Source of the DNA: Nitrospirota bacterium
Lineage (GTDB): Bacteria; Nitrospirota; UBA9217
Length of the DNA stretch: 64,000 bases
Assembly: GCA_963740085.1 (NCBI GenBank)
Contig: CAVUCU010000001.1
Span: forward strand, 992,001-1,056,000
Reading direction: 5' to 3'
The notes below the pieces were generated by a model. The model was given only the letters and a program-made list of their open reading frames with translations. It ran no database searches and was not told the origin of the DNA. This document shows positions 58,644 through 64,000 of the stretch, piece by piece (within the stretch, counting starts at the first letter, position 1; each line of letters begins with the position of its first letter). Both the position numbers and the translations under genes were made by a program.

Positions 58644-60329
58644 ATGGTAAACCTGCGCACATTCAAGAACGCAACCCCTTTCATTCTCACTGCGCTGACC
58701 GCTCTCGCTGCGTTTCTCGTGCTTTTTGCCTTTCGCTCTGCAGACGATAATCTGCTTTTCAACTGGCAGTGGGTTTTCACCCGAGAGAATATTAGCCGCA
58801 TTGTTCTTTTTCTCATCCTCGGCATGATCGCGGCCTATCTGCTTGCCCGGACAGCGGTCTTCGAGCGCAGCCCTGTCGCATTTCTCTTTCTCTTCTCGTT
58901 CGTGTCGGCAGCGCTCTTATGGACGGAACCGGAGCTGCTCATTGATGCCTCGCGGTATTTTACCCAGGCGAAGCACCTTGAAGTGTACGGGATCGAATAT
59001 TTCGTGCGGGAATGGGGCAGGGGCATCACGGCCTGGACGGATCTGCCCGCGGTCCCTTTTCTGTACGGCCTGGTCTTCACGTTGTTCGGTGAGAACAGAA
59101 TTTTCATTCAGGCGCTCACAACCTTTTTGTTCTCAGGGACCGTTGTCCTGACCTATCTCATCGGAACGACGCTGTGGACCAAAGAACTCGGGTTTTGTGC
59201 GGGAATGCTCCTCCTCGGCATGCCGGTCCTTCTTACCCAGGTACCTCTCATGCTTGTCGATGTTCCGGCGATGTTCTTTCTCACGCTTGCCATCTATACG
59301 TTCATGAAAGCGCTGGACCGCGGCGGGGCCGGAATGATCCTGCTGGCATCGCTCGCGCTGCTTCTTGCGGCCTTCTCCAAGTACTCAATGTGGATGCTGC
59401 TTTCTGTGTTAGGCATCATCCTCGCTGTTTATTGGAGACGGAATCCCGGGCCGGTGTTTCGCCGGTCCTTTGCGGTACTGGCGCTGTCCGTTGCGCTCAT
59501 TGGCATAGCGATAGCGCTGAAATTTGACGTATTCTCCGAACAGATCAGGCTTTTGTTCAGCTATCAAAAACCGGGTTTGCAGCGCTGGGGGGAGAGTTTT
59601 CTGTCTACCTTTTTTTTCCATATCCATCCGTTTATAACACTTGCTGCAATCTCCTCCCTCGTTGCAGCTTTCAAACAACGGGATCTCAGCTACGGGATCA
59701 TATGCTGGCCGATACTGCTCGTCCTTGCATTCGATATCAATCGGAGCCGGTATCTCCTGCCGGTTTTGCCCATGCTTGCCTTGACGGCCTCCTACGCATT
59801 CCAGAAGATTGAAAGGCGGGAGTTGAGAAGGTTTATTGTTTTCGTCATCGTCATCTCCTCGCTGATAACGACCACGTTCGCTTATCTCCCGTTTGCACGA
59901 AGAACGAGCGCGGAAAACATAAAAGATGCCGGTGAGTATCTGAATGCCCTCGGGAGTGAGGCTGTCGAGGTCTTTACCCTGCCTCTCAGAGACCCTGTCG
60001 TCAATCCGTCGGTTGCCGTTCCGATCCTTGATCTCTACACGCAAGCGAGCGTACGGTATCAGTATCCTCTCGGATTGTTCCCGCCGCCGGGCAATATTGA
60101 AACATGGGCCTTGAGATTCACCTGGGAAGTTAACCACCCGCAGTATTACTCGACAACCGGCGCCTCAACAGCGCCCGCAGCGATCGCGATCATATCAGGA
60201 GAGCCGGTCAGCGTCCTCCCTCATGCACTGCAGCAGCGGATCAAGGGATATCGGCTGTCCAGGAGATTTACGGCTTCGTCCGATCCCTTCCGATATAAAA
60301 CGATCGTCGAAATATATACGGAGCAGTGA
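58644..60329 (+). CDS. GT-C fold glycosyltransferase (family 39 / ArnT-PMT-like)
   Basis: Multi-TM. IDASRY, MLVDVP, FSKY, RYLLP.LP.LAL. Confidence 0.75.
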   Translation: MVNLRTFKNATPFILTALTALAAFLVLFAFRSADDNLLFNWQWVFTRENISRIVLFLILGMIAAYLLARTAVFERSPVAFLFLFSFVSAALLWTEPELLIDASRYFTQAKHLEVYGIEYFVREWGRGITAWTDLPAVPFLYGLVFTLFGENRIFIQALTTFLFSGTVVLTYLIGTTLWTKELGFCAGMLLLGMPVLLTQVPLMLVDVPAMFFLTLAIYTFMKALDRGGAGMILLASLALLLAAFSKYSMWMLLSVLGIILAVYWRRNPGPVFRRSFAVLALSVALIGIAIALKFDVFSEQIRLLFSYQKPGLQRWGESFLSTFFFHIHPFITLAAISSLVAAFKQRDLSYGIICWPILLVLAFDINRSRYLLPVLPMLALTASYAFQKIERRELRRFIVFVIVISSLITTTFAYLPFARRTSAENIKDAGEYLNALGSEAVEVFTLPLRDPVVNPSVAVPILDLYTQASVRYQYPLGLFPPPGNIETWALRFTWEVNHPQYYSTTGASTAPAAIAIISGEPVSVLPHALQQRIKGYRLSRRFTASSDPFRYKTIVEIYTEQ

Positions 60330-60390
60330 CACTGGTGATTTTCTCATTATTCTCTCAATTGCCTCTCATGCCCCGCCGAGCAAATAACCT

Positions 60391-60419
60391 TGACACACGG
60401 AGAACAGTAGTTTAGCATT
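60391..60419 (+). promoter_or_regulatory. sigma70 promoter
   Basis: TTGACA-17 bp-TAGCAT. Confidence 0.55.
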
Positions 60420-60587
60420 CTCAAGAGGCACTTCCTGACGCTTCCGACCGGTCACGGGATGGGTCTCTTCCGGATGCGGGCGGCCTGCTCGTTCGCAGTA
60501 ATCATTTTTCGATCAAGCTGGCGTGCTTCACCGCCTTTTATGCACCCAGCAGCACGTCGCAGCGGAAACAGAGAACGGGACTGCCCA

Positions 60588-62000
60588 TTGAGTAACACCA
60601 GCAACGACATCATCATCCTCGGCGGCGGTCTTGCCGGACTCTCCGCAGGCCATGTCCTGACGAATGCGGGATCACGCGTTCGCCTGTTCGAACGCGATCA
60701 TACCGTCGGCGGTCTTTCCAGGACGATCATGAAGGACGGATTCCGCTTCGATCTTGGCGGCCACCGGTTTATCACGACCGACGCGACCATCGATGCGTTC
60801 GTGAGAGAGCTCATGGCGGACGAGCTGGTCACGGTTTCGCGCAGCAGCAAGATATACCTGCGCGGGAATTATTTCGATTATCCGCTCCGGCCGTTGAACG
60901 CAATGTTCGGCATGGGCATTCCGGCGACGGCGAAGATCATCGCCGACTATGGCCTGGAATCGATTAAACGGCTGGTCAAACAGAGGCGGATCGTTTCGCT
61001 CGAGGACTGGGTGGTCAACAATTTCGGCCGAACCATGTTCTCCCTCTATTTTCAGCAGTACAGCGAAAAGATATGGGGCATTGACTGCAGCAGAATCAGC
61101 GCGGAGTGGGTCGCTCAGCGCATCAAGGGACTTTCCCTGGCAAAGGCGATTAAGCACGCTTTCTTCAGGCCGAACGGGAGAGCGCTGCCGACTTTCGCCG
61201 ACAGGTTCCTCTATCCGCGCCTGGGCATCGGGCGCATTGCCGACAGGCTCAGGGAGGACATAGAACGTCGGAATCAGGTGGTTACCGGCGCGAACGTGCT
61301 GAGGATCAACCACTCCGGCCAGACGATAGAGGACATCCTGGTCGAAAACGAGCAGGGCCGGCAGGTCGTCGGGGGGGAAGCATTCGTCTCAAGCATACCG
61401 GTAACCCAGCTGGTCCGGAGACTCCATCCGGCACCGCCTCAGGCTGTTCTGGATGCCGCTTCAACGCTCAGGTTCAGAGACCTCATCGTCGTGGCGATCA
61501 TGCTCGACCGGGAGCGGGTCACCGACCAGACCTGGATATACCTCCCGGACCGGCAGATCCCCTTCGGCAGGATCCATGAACCGACGAATTGGAGCAGAGC
61601 CATGGCTCCCGCAGGCAAGACCCTGCTGGTGATGGAGTTCTTCAGCTTCCGGGGTGATGCGGTCTGGAATGAACGGGATGAGCGCCTCGCGTCCATGGCG
61701 GTCGACAACCTTGAGCAGCTCGGCTTTATTGAAAAACGGGATGTCCTTGACCATGTCGTTGTACGGGTGCCGAACGCCTATCCGCTGTTCGAGGTCGGCT
61801 ACCGGAAACGCTGCGATGTACTCCTTGACTACCTGGGCAGGCTTACCAATCTGCACCTCACGGGCAGAAGCGGCTTGTTCCGGTACTACAACATGGACGT
61901 CGCGATCAAATCGGGGAGAGAAACGGCAGAAAGGATGTTACGCGGGGAACGCGCCGCGAGCGGCGAGAAATCACGAGATCCGATCCTTACGCATACCTGA
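60588..62000 (+). CDS. FAD-dependent oxidoreductase (HemY / UDP-galactopyranose mutase-like)
   Basis: GGGLAGL, E..VGGLSRT, FDLGGHRF, AYP, GRSGLFRYYNMD. TTG start inferred. Confidence 0.8.
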   Translation: MSNTSNDIIILGGGLAGLSAGHVLTNAGSRVRLFERDHTVGGLSRTIMKDGFRFDLGGHRFITTDATIDAFVRELMADELVTVSRSSKIYLRGNYFDYPLRPLNAMFGMGIPATAKIIADYGLESIKRLVKQRRIVSLEDWVVNNFGRTMFSLYFQQYSEKIWGIDCSRISAEWVAQRIKGLSLAKAIKHAFFRPNGRALPTFADRFLYPRLGIGRIADRLREDIERRNQVVTGANVLRINHSGQTIEDILVENEQGRQVVGGEAFVSSIPVTQLVRRLHPAPPQAVLDAASTLRFRDLIVVAIMLDRERVTDQTWIYLPDRQIPFGRIHEPTNWSRAMAPAGKTLLVMEFFSFRGDAVWNERDERLASMAVDNLEQLGFIEKRDVLDHVVVRVPNAYPLFEVGYRKRCDVLLDYLGRLTNLHLTGRSGLFRYYNMDVAIKSGRETAERMLRGERAASGEKSRDPILTHT

Positions 62001-62001
62001 T

Positions 62002-63468
62002 ATGAAGTGCGCATTCATCATACCGGCATGGACGCCGGAGAATATCTTTTCCTCAAAGACGGCGAGCTCGCAGATTAACTACTGGCAGCCGGTCGGCACC
62101 CTCCTGGTGGCTGCTGTCCTCCGCCGGGCAGGGCATGAAGTCACTTTTTTGAACGGCGCTTTCATGACCCATGAAGAGATATGCAGGCATGTTGAGATTT
62201 TCAGTCCGGAATTTATCGGTATCTATTCCACGACCTTTGGATGGGTAAAAGCGAAACAGACGGCAGAGGACCTGAAAAGAACGTATGCTCGAAACGCTTT
62301 CCTCTGTGCAGGAGGCCCCTATCCTATTGCAGTGCAGGAACAGTGCCTCCGGGATGCCGGCACCTGCCTCGATGCAATAGTCACCGGCGAAGGGGAATTC
62401 ACCACCCTCGAAATAGTGGAACGGCTGCAAGCCGGCGCAGGCCTTGAAGGGGTTCTTGGCGCCGCATATTGGGAGGACGGAAAGATCATCAAAAACCTGC
62501 CGCGCCCGTTCATCACGGACCTGGATTCCCTCCCGATTCCCGCGAGAGACCTGTTGGGCGATGCAAATCGGTATATCCCTCCTCCCGGTACCTACCGGAA
62601 AAAACCGGTCGCCGTAATAATAACTTCGAGAGGATGCAACAGGCGGTGCATTTATTGCTTTCAGATGGACAAAGAGCGGAAGAGCGGTATCCGCTACCGC
62701 AGCGTCCTGAACGTGCTGGATGAGATAGAACTCTGCATCAGGCAGGGGTATAAGGAGATCAAATTCCTGGACGATACCTTTGCCGCTGATTACAACAGGG
62801 CCATGCAGATAGCACGGGCCATAAGGGAACGAGGGCTCAACTTCACGTGGTTTGCCTCGGCCTGTGTCAACCAGGTGGACAAGCCCTTGCTCAAGGCCTT
62901 CAAGGACGCAGGATGCTGGGCCATTCTTTTCGGCGCGGAGAGCGGGGTCCAGAAAAATCTCAACACCATACGCAAAGGGACGACCCTTGCGCAGATAACA
63001 AGGGCGGTAAGGGATGCACAGGAGGTCGGGCTCCAGGTCAGTACTCCGTTCATGTTCGGCATACCCGGTGAGACCTTTGAAGAGGGTCTTCAGACCATTC
63101 AGTTCGCCGTTGAGCTGGACCCTGACATGGCGAACTTTCACGCGATCACGCCATTTCCGGGCACCGAACTCTACGACAATCTGGATCTCTATGGGACCAT
63201 TTCCGACGATCTCACGGACTTCACGTACCAGGGTGCGGCGTTCATCCCTTTTACCATGACACGCGAGCAGATCTTGCAGCTGCGACAGATCGCGTTTAAA
63301 CGGTTCTACTCCAGGCCTTCATTTATATTCAAAAAACTCCTCCAGGTCAGAAACTGGCATGATTGCCTGGCAGCCGCCAAGAGCGCAAAAAGCTTATTCT
63401 GGCTGTGGAGAAAAAACAATCTCTTTCTGGAAAAGGCTGCTCTGAAAAAAGGGCGCGTCCGCTGCTGA
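62002..63468 (+). CDS. Cobalamin-binding radical SAM protein
   Basis: B12 domain (GGPYP, GEGE), TSRGCNRRCIYC, DDTF, GAESG, GIPGET, PFPGT. Confidence 0.88.
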   Translation: MKCAFIIPAWTPENIFSSKTASSQINYWQPVGTLLVAAVLRRAGHEVTFLNGAFMTHEEICRHVEIFSPEFIGIYSTTFGWVKAKQTAEDLKRTYARNAFLCAGGPYPIAVQEQCLRDAGTCLDAIVTGEGEFTTLEIVERLQAGAGLEGVLGAAYWEDGKIIKNLPRPFITDLDSLPIPARDLLGDANRYIPPPGTYRKKPVAVIITSRGCNRRCIYCFQMDKERKSGIRYRSVLNVLDEIELCIRQGYKEIKFLDDTFAADYNRAMQIARAIRERGLNFTWFASACVNQVDKPLLKAFKDAGCWAILFGAESGVQKNLNTIRKGTTLAQITRAVRDAQEVGLQVSTPFMFGIPGETFEEGLQTIQFAVELDPDMANFHAITPFPGTELYDNLDLYGTISDDLTDFTYQGAAFIPFTMTREQILQLRQIAFKRFYSRPSFIFKKLLQVRNWHDCLAAAKSAKSLFWLWRKNNLFLEKAALKKGRVRC

Positions 63469-63732
63469 AGGGTCAATGCCTGCTCTTCGCCCCAACGCAT
63501 CGTCTTTCCCCAACGGTGCGGCTCTCCGGGGGATGCGAGTCGTATGGCTTCCGGGGGAGAGGGCCCTGCGTGATGATCAGGTTCATGCCAACCACCTCCG
63601 GAGCATCGCCGGTCTCGACGAACGGGCGCCTGTCATGCTGCCTCAAAGACCTCACCGCTGTTTAACAGGCATCTCTATTTATAACCAGACATCATTGCTA
63701 TCTGCAAGTTTATGCAAAATTATACAATTAGG

Positions 63733-63761
63733 TTGACAAATACGCAATGTAGTTCTAAGCT
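63733..63761 (+). promoter_or_regulatory. sigma70 promoter
   Basis: TTGACA-17 bp-TAAGCT in AT-rich DNA. Confidence 0.55.
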
Positions 63762-63949
63762 CATATTAATGATTTAATGAAACCATCGTGTAATCGTAAG
63801 CAGCGAAGCACCTCAATTACTTACTGCATTATATTATTTTACGCGTACCATGGAGATACTGAATCCTTAGTCTTATGAACAGGAGGTGAAGGGGTCGATT
63901 GGGGTGAGTTCTTTTTGTCCAGGCACATTTAATGAAAAGGAGGCCGCGA

Positions 63950-64000
63950 ATGGATTTTCCAAACAAGCATCGGAAACGTTTCTCATGGCAACTCGTGGTA
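63950..64000 (+). CDS. 5' end of a gene running off the window
   Basis: AAGGAGG RBS, then MDFPNKHRKRFSWQLVV. Confidence 0.55.
   Translation, partial: MDFPNKHRKRFSWQLVV

Overview
A ~55% GC chromosomal window from an anaerobic Gram-negative bacterium. The gene set (cooS, futalosine pathway, alginate-export-type porins, large TPR protein, glnB-glnA) suggests Nitrospirota or Desulfobacterota, but that is inference. Main content in order: a partial TrkA-N gene, namZ, a cooS-cooF-FAD/NAD oxidoreductase operon, and a mosaic minus-strand accessory block (5995-11606). Then murU-amgK fusion, a CCA-type nucleotidyltransferase, aroCKB divergent from mqnB-mqnD, lemA-htpX-moaDE, ccdA-merR, two porins and fadL, fchA-folD, a TPR protein with a 7x69-bp repeat, and glnB-glnA. 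Then a full kdpFABC-X-DE locus with a KimA-like permease, dusB-yajD, uup, arfB, and a GT-C/flavoenzyme/B12 radical SAM cluster. The most interesting signals are non-coding. (1) Two integron attC-like sites bracket rsgA with no integrase in the window (CALIN-like). (2) An unannotated ~85-nt sRNA has a consensus promoter, a terminator and an anti-SD seed that pairs with the ~340-nt leader of a porin 20 kb away. (3) A variant GEMM-I riboswitch with an overlapping terminator sits upstream of a recently amplified 7-blade beta-propeller lipoprotein. (4) Several families of small palindromic repeats are scattered throughout, one of them in frame inside a gene. Eight single-base frameshifts in seven genes are probably assembly errors. 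No tRNA, rRNA, CRISPR array, transposase or integrase was seen.
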